64,000 nucleotides of DNA from the human T2T-CHM13v2.0 reference genome, Homo sapiens. The stretch lies in assembly GCF_009914755.1 (NCBI RefSeq), contig NC_060932.1. One strand, given 5' to 3'. A program made the translations under genes and the position numbers. Positions 42,563-57,779 of the stretch are shown here, one piece after another. Numbering within the stretch: the stretch's first letter is position 1; each line of letters opens with the position of its first letter. A model generated the notes under the pieces. It made no database searches, was not told where the DNA came from, and saw only the letters and a list, made by a program, of their open reading frames with translations.

Positions 42563-44074
42563 GAAAGATGTATGTGTACATTTTAGTCACTCTTGAAATG
42601 ACTTCAGTTTTGACTTAAAATATTTTACAGAATGAGAAATGGGACTTTATTTTAGGAAGATGTATTAATCTTACGATAGTGCTACTTTATATATATAATA
42701 GCCATTCTGTTCCTGCTTGTGGAGGCTAAAGGGTGGACCATGCCTCTTTTTCTACTAACTTTGAACATTTAAAATGCATGAAATATTTAAAGTAGCTAAA
42801 CAAGTTGTCATTGTTGTCCAAGCCAACTGAATAAAATAGTTAATAAAGAGATGTAGTAATTAAACAAATAAAGTATATGCTTTTTTTTTTTACTTAAGCA
42901 TTATGCTTGTGGTAAAAGTAAAATTGGCTAAAATTAACCATATGTGGAAGATTTAAATCTGTTTATTTCAAGTAGGTCTCTGATATAATTATAGTTATTT
43001 ATCTTAATAAATTATCAAGTAATATTTGCATTTGTCATTCAAATAAGTGGTTGGAAAAATGTGACTTTTATATGTATTTTATAAATCAGAATTTATAAAT
43101 AGTTTTCTATGCCTGAACGTGCCTGAAAAAATATTTTGGAAATATAATGTATTTTGTATTTATGATCTACTCGAATTTACTTCTTGTTCCACACACTAAC
43201 TTTAGAGTCTTGCAATAAGAATGCTTATTGGTGATGCCTTTAAAAAAATCTATAAAGCATGTGTGTATTTGGAATACTCTTAGTATGAGAATTTGTGAAA
43301 TTTTAATTCAAAATAACAAATGAAGATATTCCTTAACTTGCCTTTGCAATTTGCTTCAAAATGTGGCAGTTTATTCTATTAGAGAAGGCCTTAACCTGTT
43401 ATATATCTTAACATTATCATTTACTGACACCATTTTATTTAAGTGCTTCTTTCTGTCCTCAGCATATATGAAGGACAGATAGTCCACTCTTCATCTACCC
43501 AAAGGCACTTCTCTAGATTCCTGCAGACCGACAAGTTCTTGAGGAATGCATTAAGTCTTAGCTAGTACGAATTTGATCAACTGCCTTCCTTGAAATGTCA
43601 CCAGAGTTACTGCCTCTGCCAAGTTATCTGTGACAGTTAGAAATGTTGTATAGGAGGACTGGGCAGGATGTGTGAACCCTCTCTGATTGTGAATATAGTA
43701 CTTTCATGGCTTTTGTTTCTAATATGATCCTTTGTGGTTTTGCTCCTTATGATTCATTTCTGAGTCTTTGAGTCATTTCAAGATCTCAGTCCAACTCAAA
43801 TACCACCTCCCCTGGGAAAGCTTTCTGAATCCTCTTTTGTGATTCTCTAACATTGTTTTAAAATCAGATAGAATTCTACTGAAAGATGCTGGTTTCAAAG
43901 GACTCCTGCCACGCCATATGTTTCCTTTTATTGTTACGCCAATCACATTCTGCTTTGTGTTACAGTTATTCGTGGACTGCTGAGCTGCTGAGGTGTAGGA
44001 GATAGTGAAAATAATGTACACGTTTTGTATTCAGACAGCTCTAGGATGAAATACAGTTTGACTTTAGGAATCTT

Positions 44075-44382
44075 ATTATTATTATTATTATTTTTTGAGA
44101 CAGAATCTCGCTCTGTCGCCCAGGCTGGAGTGCAGTGGTGCGATCTCGGCTCACTGCAAGCTCTGCCTCCCAGGTTCATTCCATTCTCCTGCCTCAGTCT
44201 CCTGAGTAGCTGGGACTACAGGCACCCGCCACCACGCCCAGCTAATTTTTTGTATTTTTTTTTTAGTAGAGACGGGGTTTCACCGTGTTGGCCAGGATGG
44301 TCTCGATCTCCTGACCTCATGATCCACCCGCCTCGGCCTCCCAAAGTGCTGGGATTACTGGCATAAGCCACCGCGCCTGGCC
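44075..44382 (-). mobile_element. AluY inserted in a MIR
   Basis: gcaagctctgcctcccaggttcattccattctcc; (TTA)n tail; TSD gacttt(a/g)ggaatctt at 44060 and 44383. Confidence 0.93.
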
Positions 44383-44719
44383 GACTTTGGGAATCTTCAG
44401 CAACTTCTCCAATTCATAGTTTCTTCAGTTGTAAAATAGGTTAAAATACATGTTTTGTCATTTATTTGGTAATTATGTGAGACTTTTACCTATAATAAAT
44501 ATAGGATATATTGAGTACTCTACAAATGGTTCATCTGTTTACCTTTTCCTCCCTATCTGGAGTTAGGATTATTATTTTTTTCATCATATAATCTCACAAA
44601 AGTGTCTATTATTTTTGGTTTCTGGAAAAAAATAAATTTTGCTTCTTTTTTCTAATATTGGAAGCATTGTTTTTAATATTTAGAAAAAAGTAATAACTTT
44701 TTTTGTGCTCCTAATCTGA

Positions 44720-45140
44720 GAAACATTAGATTCAAAATATTACAGAATTGAATGAGTAAGAGTTATTCAGGAAGAGGAGGGGGAATAGGAAGGTTCCGGG
44801 AGCATAGGTCTCCCGTCCTGAAGGGAAGAGAAATCATGCCACTTGTGAGAAACTTAATCAGGTAGAGTAAGAGTAACTAAAGTAGTTAGAGAGAAGGAAG
44901 AAGTAGGAAAGTAGCCAGAACTCCAGCACAGATGGCCTTTGCAGACATATTAAGGTTTCCCATTTGATCGTCAGGGATAAGGGAGGATACTGAAGTGTTT
45001 TAAATTTCAGGATAACATAATCAGATATATATATTTTAGATAACTCATTTAGTTACAAAGTGAAGGAAAAATGGGTGTTAAATAAGCGTGACAATAAGGA
45101 GATCAGTGAAACTGACATAGTACTAGTGCAGGAGACACTG
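44720..45140 (-). mobile_element. L2 fragment
   Basis: gaatgagtaagagttattcagg..., gatactgaagtgttttaa, gataacataatcagat. Confidence 0.55.
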
Positions 45141-45515
45141 CAAGTGTGTATACATATATAAATACATACATACATATATGTTCACACATATATAAATATA
45201 AGCATAAAGTATCTTAACTTCAAGTACTTCTCTCTGAGTGGTGCTAAAACAACAGTCTATTTACACTCTTTTCTTTAACTTTCTTTTCTGGTTTTCCCAT
45301 AATAATTAGTTATCATAGTCATAATAGTTATATTTTTGTGATAAAATCTTATAACTTTATATAGAAGACCACCTTGTACAGCTTTATTTTACTAATAAAT
45401 ATACTGATCTAATATTGTTTTTGACAATTATATATAACTATTTTAGTTAGATATACAATATTTTATTTAACCTTTTCCATGTAGGTTTTTTTTGAGGATT
45501 TCTGCTCATTTTTAA

Positions 45516-45896
<381 letters not shown>

Positions 45897-46399
45897 TGAA
45901 TTTCTCTTTTCCTGTGTTCTTTCCCAAGATACCCTTTTTCCTTTTGCTCAATTTGAATACAGCTATATTTATTTATATTTCAAATATTTATCTCCTTTTC
46001 ATTTGTTTTTCTGTGACAAATTCTGCTCTCTGCCCAATGATACAGTGCTCGAATACTCTTCTCAGATGTACTTCTCTATTCTACTGCAGTTAAGTGTTTG
46101 CGTCTTTCTTCCAACCAATGTTTAGTACTAAATGAAAACCTATAATTACAGCAAACACTTTTACAAATGTTATCTATCTTACTAAGTACCTGCAGTAAGT
46201 TTCCTGAGTGGGAAATAAAGAAGCCATTCCCAAAGAGGACTAGCCACCAACACCAGCGCATTTGTTTTAATAACATATATTTTTTGACTCTACCTTGCTG
46301 TTTCTAACTTAGTAGGTCTGGATGGACCTGGAGCTAAATATTTTTAACAGTCTTTGCAAATGATTTTCGAGCTCATTCCCTTATACAAATCAGCAGATT

Positions 46400-46610
46400 A
46401 ATTTATGTATCAGGCATCATTTTAAGCACTTTAAACATTTTAACTCATTTAATCCTCACAACCTTATTAGTGTTGCTATTATTACTATTGCTTTGTATTT
46501 TGCAAGAAAGGAAATGAAAGTATAAATTTCACCCAGCTGATAAGTAAGGGAGCTGGGGTTCACATTTGGGCAGGTTGATTCTGGAGTGTCAAATTTTTAA
46601 CCACTATTAG
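46400..46610 (-). mobile_element. MIR
   Basis: tatgtatcaggca...taactcatttaatcctcacaacctt...ggaaatgaa. Confidence 0.75.
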
Positions 46611-47379
46611 ATCTGACTCCTAGAAAGTTCCTTTCAATAATGTATTAGGCTACCAAGAATGTTCTCCTAATATCTTGTCAGGTGTTTTCTGGATTTTATG
46701 GTTTTACATAGAGAAAGTTGCTGGTGAAAATTATTAAGGAGGCAGAATGCTAGGTTGACTTGGTAGAATAAAGGTCAGAGAAATAATGTTCTGTCATAAC
46801 AATAAACATCTTTTGAGGGGTTTAGAAAGTTAGCTGCTGTTTTCTTATGTGTAGATACATCTTGGAATCTGGGGCTATATGGTAAGAAACTTATAAAACA
46901 TTTTCTTGCATGTTCAAGCAGTTTCTATTTCAACATGTAAAGTCCATCTAGGATTCAAGCATAAATATGAAGGTTTGTGTATAAAAATTTTTAGCTTTAT
47001 TGAATACTTACTATGTACGGGGTAGGCGTAAGTACTTTCATATATTTAATTTAATGACATAGATTACCAAGGTCCTCTACAAGTCAGTTATCACGCTTCA
47101 TTTTATTTGACAGATCAGTAGCATTTGACACATATGATAACTCTCTTTTTTATTATTTATATTGCATCAAGAACACTAGTTTTCATTTATGAAGTGGCTT
47201 TTTGTTGTTGTTGTTGTTGTTGTTCTTTGCTAGTTCCTTCTCATTTCTCCAACATGATACCCTGGAGCTCGCTGCACTCCTTGGGCCTGGTTCCTATCCA
47301 TGCACATTCATCCCCTTTGTCATTTCATCCAGTGCTATGGCTCTAAATGCCATTTATGTACTATTGACTATCTTATTGT

Positions 47380-50300
47380 ATTGCCTTTGCTTCTTTGTCA
47401 AAGACAGTTGATTGTATTGATGTGGGTTTATTTCTGGACTATTTTGTTCCTTTGATATGTTTGTCTATTATTGTCAATACTAGAATGTCTTAAGAACTGT
47501 CACTTTACATTAAGTCATGAAGTTAGGTAGTATCAGTTTTCCATCATCTCCATCACTATTGTGTTGGAGCTTCTGAATCTTTTGCTTCTCTGTATAAAAT
47601 TTTGGATCAGTTTTTTGATATCTACAAAAGTAATATTGTTTTCATTGGGATTATGTCAGATCTACAGATCAAATTGCGAAAAACTGAGACGTCTTAACAA
47701 TATTGGGTCTTATTGTCCATGAACATGGAATATATATCCATTTATTTATTTATTTTTTGATTTTTTTTATCAGACTTTTGTAGTCTTCCTCAAGTAGATG
47801 TTATATATATATTTTGTTAGATTTATACCAAAATATTTTATTCTTGTGGGTGACAATGTAAATAGTATTGTGTTTTAAACTAAAATTCCATTTATTCGTT
47901 GCTAGTATGTAAGAAAATAAAGGATTTTTTTATATTCACCTTGTATCATGCAACCTTGCTATAATCAGTTATTAGTTCCAGGAGTTTTTGGCTGAGTACT
48001 TCAGGTTTTCTCTACAAACAATCATGTCACTTCTGAACAAAGATAGTTTTATTTCTTCCAACCCAGTCTGTATTACTTTTATTTCTTTTTCTTCTTTTAA
48101 TAGATTATCTAGGACATCCAATGTGATGTTAAAAGCAGTGATAAGAGAGAACATCTTTGCCTCATTCCTGATCTTAGCAAGAATGCTTCTAATTTCTCAA
48201 CATTAAGTATAATTTAGCTGTAGGTTTTCTGTAGATCCTTTATCAAGTTGGGGAAATTTTTCCCTCTTTCTAGTTTGCTGATGGTTTTTTTTTTTTTTTT
48301 TTTTGTCACAAATGACTGTTGGATTTTATCAAATGCTTTTTCTGTGTCTATTGATATTATCATGTGCCTTTTCTTCTTTAGACTGTTGATATAATGAACT
48401 GCATTAATTGATTTCAGAATGTTGAACCATTCTTGCATAACTGGAATAAGTCCCACTTGGTATATAATTCTTTTTATGCATTGATGGATTTGATTTGTTA
48501 ATATTTTGTTGAGATTTTTTTTTACATATATGCTCTTGAGAGATATTGGTTGTAGTAATCTTTTCTTGTAATAACTTTGCATAGTTTTGGTATTAAGGTA
48601 ATGCTGGTTTCATGTAATGAGTTAGGAACAATTTTCTCTGCTTCTTCCTTGTGGAATAGCTTGTAGAAAATTTATATAAATCTTTGACTTTAAAAATTCT
48701 CATGTTTGGTAGAATTCACTACCCATATAGGGCTGATGCTTTCTCTTCTGGAAGGTTATTTACTATTACATTTATTTCTTAAATAGGCATAGACCTATTC
48801 ATTGTTTATTTTCTATTTGTGACATTTTTCAGATTGTATCTTTCAAGGAATTGTTTCATTTCATTCAGGTTATCAAATTTGTAGGTATAGCATTGTTCAT
48901 AGTGTTTCTTTATTTTCCTTTTAATAAATATGGAATCTGTAGTGATGTCCCTTCTTTAATTTTTGATGAAACTTGTGCCATATATCTTTTTGTCTTAGTT
49001 CGCCTGGCTAGATCTTTATCAATATTATTTTTTTTTTCAAAAAACCAACTTTTGGTTTTATTTTCCCCCCATTGATTTATAGCCAAATATACCCCCAAAA
49101 TTACAGCAAAATTTTAATTCTGTAAACATATGTAATTTTTATTATTTATTTTTAATAAAATAAATTTTATTTTATTTTTAATATTTATTTTAAAATATTA
49201 ATTTTAAATATTTGCTGTAATTTTTAATAATTATTTTCTTCTGCTTAATTTGGATGTAATTTGCTCATCTTTTTCCAGTTTCCCGAGGTGGAAAAGTTAG
49301 ATTATTGATATTATATCTTTCTTCTTTTTGAATACATGCATGAAATGCTATACATTTTCTTCTAAGTGCTGGTTTTGATGTACCCTACAAATTTTGATAA
49401 TTTGTGTTTTCATTTTCAATTAGCTTAAAATATTTTAAAAATTTTCCTGTGTTTTGGGGGATCTGTATGTTAGTTAGAAGTGTATTGTTTATTTTTCAAG
49501 TATTTTATTGGTTTCCAGTTATCTTTTTTTGTTATTGATTTCTAGTATATTTCCATTGTGGTCTGAGAGCACACAATGTATGATTTCTACTTAAAAATTG
49601 TTAAGGTGTATTTTATGGCTCAGAATGTGGTCTATCTTGGAGAATGTTCCATGTAAGATTAAGAAGAATGTGTATTCTGCTGTTTTTGGTTCAAGTATTC
49701 AATAGATGTCAATTACATCTAGTGATTGATGGTGCTGTTAAGTTCAACTATGTCCTTACAGATTTTCTAACTGCTTCTCTATTTCTGATTAAGAGATGTT
49801 GAAATCACTAGAAATAATAGTGAATTCATATATTTCTCCCTGCAGTTTTTACCTCTTGTATTTTGACACTCTGTTTTTACGTGCTTACACATTAAGGATG
49901 GTTACATCTTCTTGTAATATTGACTCCTTTTCTATTATGTAATGCCCCTCTTTATCCTTGATAACTTTCCTTTCCCTTAAGTCTTCTCTGAAATTAATAT
50001 AGCTACTTCTTTCTTTTGATTAATTTTATAACTGTACATCTTTCTCCAACCATTTAATCATAATTTATATGTATCTTTAAGTGGTATTTTTTTACACAAC
50101 ATTTATTTGAGTGTTGTTTTCTGATCCACTCCAACAATCTCCAACTTTTAATTTTTATACTTAGGCCACTGATGTTATAAGTAATTACAGATATAGTTAG
50201 GATTAGTATCTATCAATTGTTTTCATTCCTTTTGTTCTTTGTTCCTATTTTTGCCTTCTATTCATTTTTTGCCTTTTGTGAATTTATCAGTCATTTCATA

Positions 50301-52430
50301 TGATTCCATTTTTGATCCATTCTTAGCATACCAGTTATATTTCCTTTTTTTACTTTTTCTAGTGGTTACTCTAGAGTTTGCAATATGCTTTTACACCTAA
50401 TCCAAGTACACTTTCAAATAACAGTAAACCACTTCATGGGTAGTGTGAATATTATATAATAACAAAATAATTTTAATTTATCTTTCCTGTATCGTATATA
50501 CTTGCTGAGTTTCCATCACTTATTTTATTTATGCATAAACATACACACACATTAAATAAATTACATAAACATTAAATAAACATACACACATATTAAATAA
50601 AATTAATTAAATATTTTATTTATTAATAAAATAATAAAATAAAAGTAAATAAAATTACTTTTATTGTTTTGAACTATTATCTATTAGATCAATTAAGAAT
50701 ACAAAGTTTTTATTTTATCTTTACTTATTCCTTCTCTCATGTTCTTAGTTTCTTTATGTGGATCTGAGTTTTTGACTTATATCATTTTTCTTCTCTCTGA
50801 AGAATTTCTTTTAAAATTTTCTGAAGGACAACTCTGCTGGCAATAAACTACCCAATTTTTGTTTGTTTGAGACAGTATTTCTTCTTCATCTTTGGAAACT
50901 AATTTCACTGGGCATATCATTCTAAGTTGATTTTTTTCTAACACTTTAAATATTTCACTGTATTCTCTTTTTGCTTCCATTTCTGAGGGGAAGTTGGTTG
51001 TGATTTTAATCTTTGCTTCTTTATAGGTAAGGTTTTTTTTTTTTCCTGTGGCTTCTTTCAAGATTTTTTTCTTTATATTTGATTTTCTGTACTTGGAATA
51101 TAATATCCTTAGAGGTAGTGTTTTTGGCATTTATTCTGCTTGGGATTATATGAGTTTCCTGAATCTGTGGTTTGGCATCTGAAATTAATTTGGTAGAAAT
51201 TCTTTGTCATCATTGCTTCAAATATATTCTCTGTTCCTTTCTCATTTTTTTCTCCTAGTATTACCTTCACCTATGTGTTACACATTTGTTGTTACCCTGT
51301 AATTCTTGAGAATTCTCAGATATTCTGTTTTGTTTTTCCTGTTATCTTTGCTTTTTATTTTTAGAAGTTTCTATGAAAATATCCTCAAGCTAAGCAGAAT
51401 AGTTCTCAGCTGTGGCCTAATCTACTAATGAGCTTATTAAAGGCAGTCTTCATTTTTATTAATGTTTTCGGTCTCTAGCATTTCTTTTTGACTTTTTTCT
51501 TGTAGTTTTAATCTCTCTGGTTACATTGCCTATCTGTTCTTGCATACTGTCTGCTTTATTTATTACAGCCCTTAACATGTTAACTATAATTGTTTTAAAT
51601 TTCCAGTCAGATAATTCCAACATCCTTGCCATTTCTGAGTCTTGTTCTTATATTTGCTCTGTCTCTTAAAATTGTTTTTTTGTTTTTTTGTTTTTTTTTT
51701 TGCCTTCTACTATGTCTTGTAATTTTTTTTCCTGATAGTTGACCATGATGTACTGTGTAAAAAGAACTACTTAGATAGAGTTTTAGTAATGTGGTGGCAA
51801 AGTGTGAAAAAAGGGAAGCATTATATCGTTCTGTCATTAGGTCTCAGTCTTTTCAGTGGTATTGTGCCTCCTAACTTTAAACTTTACAAGTTCTTAGTTT
51901 TCTTCCCTCTCTGGTGGAAGACAATTGCTGGAGTGGGCTAAAGTTGGATATTTCCCTTCTTTCCAGTCAGTTAGCTTCTGAAAAAAAGCCAACAGTTTGA
52001 GGCTCTGGTAAAATTGTTTGGAGGGCAAGTCTTGTTAAAAAGAACAGAAACCCTTGGGTTCTTTTTCCTCTTCATGCTGCTGAAAGCACAAGAAGACTTC
52101 TCTCTAATGTTCTCTATGAAAATCTGGTGGAGCTCTGAGGTAAAACTCATAATAATGTTGGAGGCCCCTATGACTGTGCCCCATGGAGTCTTAATGATCA
52201 GATTTGTCCACTCTGAGCCACCCAGATTTTCCTACCCTGGTAATGTTTCCTGAAGAGGTTTCTGTGTTCATCTCTCTCTCTCCAATTTGGGAGGTAGCGG
52301 TTTGTCCTTTGACCTCACCTCTCTGACAGATCTCAGAACAGCTGATTTTTCCAGTTGAGATTTTTACTTGCTGTTAGGATGGCATGATGACTTCCAAGCT
52401 CATTGCATGTTGGGCCAGAAACCTGGAATC
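47380..52430 (-). mobile_element. ~5-kb old L1M (L1MC/MD-like) spanning 5' UTR, ORF1 and most of ORF2
   Basis: Continuous antisense L1. Track ORFs 48214-48582 ([18 protein letters not shown] domain) and 50777-51130 (ORF1-like) are its remnants. Confidence 0.9.
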
Positions 52431-52708
52431 TGTATTTTTATTTATTAAATCTGGTAACCCAAGGTAGTTTTTAAAAAGTCTTTCCAACTATAATAGAAAA
52501 AATATAAATAATTTCGAATCAGTATTCATTTCCGAAAAAATACAACTGACAATATGGAACCAATAAAAATAAAAAAGAAGTCAAATGAGATCTGTGTATT
52601 TATATAGCATTGTGAGTTTTTTATTTTAATATTATATAAATGTATTTTTAAATGCAACATGAGGAAAATCCTTGACTAAATGGTTAAAAAATCCATCCCT
52701 GGGGATAT

Positions 52709-52884
52709 CAGGACTGGCTATATAATTTGAAGGGCTTAGACCAACATGAAAATGCTTAGCTCCTTGTTCAAAAATGGTTAAAATTTAAAGACAGAAACAA
52801 TAGAGCACTTCACAAGCACGTGGCCCTTCTGAATGTGGGACCCTGTGTAACTGCTCACGTTGCATGCCCATGAAGCAGATGCTG
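52709..52884 (-). mobile_element. MER45A-like hAT-Tip100 MITE
   Basis: caggactggctatataatttg...atgaaaatg...ccttgttcaaaaat...ggcccttctga...gcccatgaagc...ctg. Confidence 0.8.
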
Positions 52885-52909
52885 ATGGTCAGACAGAGCT
52901 GGGACATAT

Positions 52910-53060
52910 GAGGTAGCTATTACTGTAGCTATACTATGATTGCCATTTTACAGATGAAAAGTGTGAGGTTTTAGAGGTTAAATTGCTAGCCTTCAAAGAA
53001 AGAAATTGATTTAGATTTTAATCTAGGTCATCTGAGACCAGAGTGTTTTAAAACATGAAC
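52910..53060 (-). mobile_element. MIR
   Basis: ccattttacagatgaaaa..tgagg..tagaggttaaatt. Confidence 0.65.
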
Positions 53061-56000
53061 AATACTAAGTTTTGCAACATTAAATCCTGGAAAATATTCA
53101 ACCAAAGGAGAAAGTTAATTGATCCTGTTTTGGGGAAATAAGTGTTTAGATAGGATTTACAAATTCAAATGATGGGGTGGGGGATCAGGGAGATCAAATA
53201 AATGAGGAAGGCAATTAAAAGTCATTATAGCAAAATTGGTGGGGACTGTGGCAAACTGAAATGCTCATGTAATGTTCAAAGCCATTTAAACCCAAACTGA
53301 TGTAGCAAGTTTATCAGCTAAATTTGACCAGGGGTAGAAAGCATTTTATGATCCTGTAATCTTTGGTTTAAATATTGTGAATAATAATATTCATTACCTT
53401 TTTTTAAAAACAAAAACAAAAGCAAAAACCTTACCTTTCTTAACTAACAGTCTTAGATACAATATAAGTGTGTGTTCAGGGAACCTTCTAATGGGTGAAA
53501 ATAGCAGATGCATGTATACACACACACACACATGAACACACAGATACACAGACACAGAGGCAATCTTCTCATTAATGTAATGAAAGGAAACTTATAACAT
53601 CAGCTCTAATAATAAAGAATAAAGTATCCTGGTTTAGTGTATACTAATTCTATAAAGGCTTTCTACTTTTGGTGCTTTTAGGCATTTATCAATTGATTTT
53701 CACAAGGGATAACTGACTAGGTGCTCAGAATCTCCACCTGCTTTTCTTGTACTTCAAATATAAAACCTTTCTGGCACCCAAAGCTAGGATCTGAAAATGC
53801 TAAGCATTAAGCAAAATGGATTAGCCTTCAGAAGGGGAGCTTCCGACTGTCAGTGCCAGAGGGGTTAATGGAAAACAGTGTTTCATATTTGCCATTTCCC
53901 CTATATTATCTTGCCCAGAACACCTGCTTAATGAACTAGACATCAATTATCATACTGTAAGCACATTCTTTAATAACAAAAGCCTTGTGGAAGCATTCCT
54001 TCTTGTTGAAATAATAAAAGTGATTTTGACGGAGCTTTTTAAAATGTCACATGCAAAAAATGTACAAACATCTGATGATTCTGCTGGATTTTTATTCTTT
54101 ATGTGGGCATTAAAATGGGTTTATTATTTTAAGTGATTTATTTCAACTGGAATTTACATATTTCTTTGTTAGAGTCATAGGTGTGTTTTGGTTTGGTCCA
54201 GTCAGAAGCATGGAAATGGTCCTGTAAAGATCTCCTTTACTCTTCCTGTTTTTCTTAGTTGTAATAATTGCTTTGCAATTTTCTCCTTTGAGATATACAT
54301 AATGTTGCTGAAACATCATCAGTTAGAAACAATTTTTGTTGATTATAAACATACTAATAAGAAATCGTTGTCTTAAGTCTAGATAATGCCAACACATGAT
54401 GCTGTTTTCTTTTGTTTTGATGTATTACTAGAATTGCAGAAAATAGGTAACACTAAATAAAATTATCCAAACCAATAGTTTGGATTTTTTAAAAAACTGC
54501 TTAACTTATATAAGGAATGAATTAGAATCCACCATGTAGATTAATATTTCCCATTCTTAAATCCAAAATGTCTTTCCAATTCATTGAGCAATTTTTTTCC
54601 ATTCATACAGCTCTATCTTCCTCATTCCTGCTGCCTTTTCTTCCTGTCTGCTAAAAAACTCTTCATTATGCAGCTTGGATGATATAGGAGCATCAAAATC
54701 AAGGGAGAGAGGATTCTTAAACAATTTGTTCAGATTTTGTTTTGCACTGAGAATTCACAACTAATCATCTTCAAACAAAATATAAAGAAAGATAGAAACA
54801 TATTTTTAGAAAGCCCATGAAGCAATAAAAAAGTAATAATAGCTTTCTCTTCTGTTTTGTATTGTTTTACTTCTAGAACTTTCCCTAGCTCAGAATAAAT
54901 TTGATCCTAAGTGCTTCAGCTGCCTTGATGACCAGATTCCACAGATTGGCATCAAAATATAGTGCTACTTCATTGAAAAGCTCTTATACAAGAATCTGAC
55001 TTATATTCTTAAACAGATAGAAGACTGTAATTTCAATAAACTAGTAATGTATTTTTTTTTTTACTTAGAAAAACTCACTTTATTGCCCTCTTAAATTGAA
55101 AGTTATTGGCTGAAAAGGTGCTAGCTGGTATTTTTAGATCCATAAAGTAGGAGATCATGGACAATAATAGCTATGTCATAAAATTGGGTATTATTGCTCT
55201 GAAGCTAGCAGCAGAGGGGGCTGAGATCAAATTATTTCACCAAGGTTACAGAGAGGAGCTTCTATGGAGCCATTATTCAGTGCTGTCTTCAAAATGTGCA
55301 TATAGGAGGGACCTAGGGCCTAGGACTAGAACTTCTTCTTTACATTAACCAGAAATAGAAAATACTCTAAATTTGGTTGGATAATTATTTAGTCTGTTTT
55401 AAACAAGTCTTTGCACATCAATTAATTCATTTTTATAAATAATTTTTCGGTTTATTTTGTGTTGTTAGCAAATAATGGAAACCTGGGTAAGAACTTAAAA
55501 GCGTTCCTTCACAGCCCCCTTTCTGATTTCACTGGTAATCACAGAGCAGAATTGCGTTTCAGACCCATGTCCATCAAGTCAAATAGTTTCCTTGGATAAC
55601 AGAGCAAATATATTTTTACTCAATTAGAAAACAAAGCAAAATTATGTATGAATTTGATTTTCTACTCACTTTAAAAGACATTTGAAGTACTAATTATGTA
55701 ACCTAACTTTGGGAAATATAAATTGAAGTGATCTCTGGGTTATTTACTAGGCTTGCAAGGGACACTAATTGAAATTACACAATTGATTAGTATTGGGAAT
55801 CTAGGCAAAAGAGTTACACATTTTTGGTTGATTTATCCAGTGATTCAAATAACTTAGAATCTAATGAAGAACACGTATGAGAAAAAGAATGTGTAAAGAG
55901 AGCTGTCAACTCAAGCAACTGATCAAATGGGTATTTTATTAGGTACATTAAATAATTTGAGAAAATATTTTGAAATGACAATGAGATTCTATGCGGTGCT

Positions 56001-57452
56001 GGAGAAAGCTTGTTTGTTTTTGTATTTATTACAGAAGTTGGAGTATAATGAAGAAATAATAATTAATATAAATTAATCTGACCCAACAGGGGCTGGATTA
56101 CAAACATTCATGTGAATACAGAACTTAAAATGTAGATAAAAGGTCTTTGTTATTGAACTGAATAGAGGTTATATGCTCAAATTGTCAAAATTAAGGAGGG
56201 AAGACAACTTGTCATCCCATTTTGCCAGTTTGAAAGACAAAGCTCTATTCTCAGTTTGATCCGTTAACCTGTATCAACACTACCTGTGGCAAAGACCAGA
56301 ATTTTTCACCAAGATGAACTTTGCATTCTTCTAACCTATATACAGAAATTTGTGGAGACCTCCAAGTTGTGGTGCATATAGGAAGCCTTTTATTAGAAGT
56401 TCCAACTTACGGATTTGGAAAGACTTTATATTTTCTACGTTTTTCTTCAGAATTAGTATATGTGCTTAGAAATGCATCCCACAGTGAGAATTATGATTTA
56501 TTAATTAACACATGGTTATGATACTAGCACTTGCCAATATATCACAGTAGGTGAGAATAAATATAACAAACACAATTCAATCCCTTTTTTTCTTCTTTTG
56601 GCTTATATCATGCTGTTCATTGTACAATGTAGAAACAAAGATCAATATAATCATTATTTATTCTTTCTCATTTATTCTACTTTCTTTTGTTCCTTCCCCA
56701 TTATGTCTGTTTTATTTTCTATTTTTTTTTTAAATTTTAGTGTGCTAGACTATATGTTTTTAAGCCATCAATTTACTTTTTCAAGATTAATAACATTAAG
56801 TCTTATAGGTCCTTTATACACAATCATTCAGTAAAAGTTTAATTTTAATATGAGAATTTACTCACTGACAAATATGTGTATCTTTAAACATTTGACTACC
56901 TATGATAAATATTTTATATTCCCATTCATCATTTGATGTACCCTTTTGTTTGAAAATCCCCTATAATTGCTAAAATGCTACACACACTGGGAATAACACA
57001 AAGAATCTCATTGTTAAGTCAAAGCTACACAAATCAGAAATCTTACTGAAGGTCAAACTTTCCTAATAATTATTCAATAGTTAAGAGGCACAGGTGAAGC
57101 AAGGTTTTCAGGCCCCCCAAGGTGATTCCCCACACCTTTCTTCTCTCACTGGATACACTCTAGTTCAAGTCAACAGATGAGTTATAAAGATATCTCAGCT
57201 AGAAAGGAGGAGTATTTTACAACTCAAAATTTCATACTCATATAGTTGCGCAGCTTTTGTAACATTTTTCAAGAAGTCATTATCAATACATTTATATATT
57301 CCAGACTTTTTTCTCCCTTAAACAATTTCTGAAAGCCAGGTACATTCTGCTAAAACACTACTGAAAAAAAAAATAAATCTGCTATAAATAAAATAAAATA
57401 AGCATATTTAAAAGGAGGTTAGACTGGATCACTTTCCTTCTTTTGTTTCTAG

Positions 57453-57481
57453 GAGTAGTCCCCACTACAATCCTTCTCCAG
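57453..57481 (+). other. candidate 29-nt small exon (host gene unidentified)
   Basis: Strong acceptor ctttccttcttttgtttctag and donor CAG|gtaata. Unique sequence. Confidence 0.35.
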
Positions 57482-57779
57482 GTAATAGGTATAAATAAAG
57501 ACTCGTTACTTTAACCCTTTATTTCATGACACTGTTCATACTTTTATTCAATTAAGATATGTTTGGGATATGTTTATCATCAGAACATACATAAGTAACA
57601 CTTTTTAAAATGGCTAGTTTGCCAATTATATATGAAAATATTACTCTTTAATATATTCTAAATTGAACATCTCAAGTATTTGCTATTATACTTTGCTATA
57701 TATTAATAGAAACTGCTGCAATGTGTTTTGTATATTTACTGTACAGTAGTCTATCTACTTATTATTAAAATGTATTTAC

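Noticed and set aside
43463-43565. Acceptor cttctttctgtcctcag followed by a ~33-codon open frame
   Set aside because: No convincing donor or nearby polyadenylation signal, and the peptide is unrecognised.
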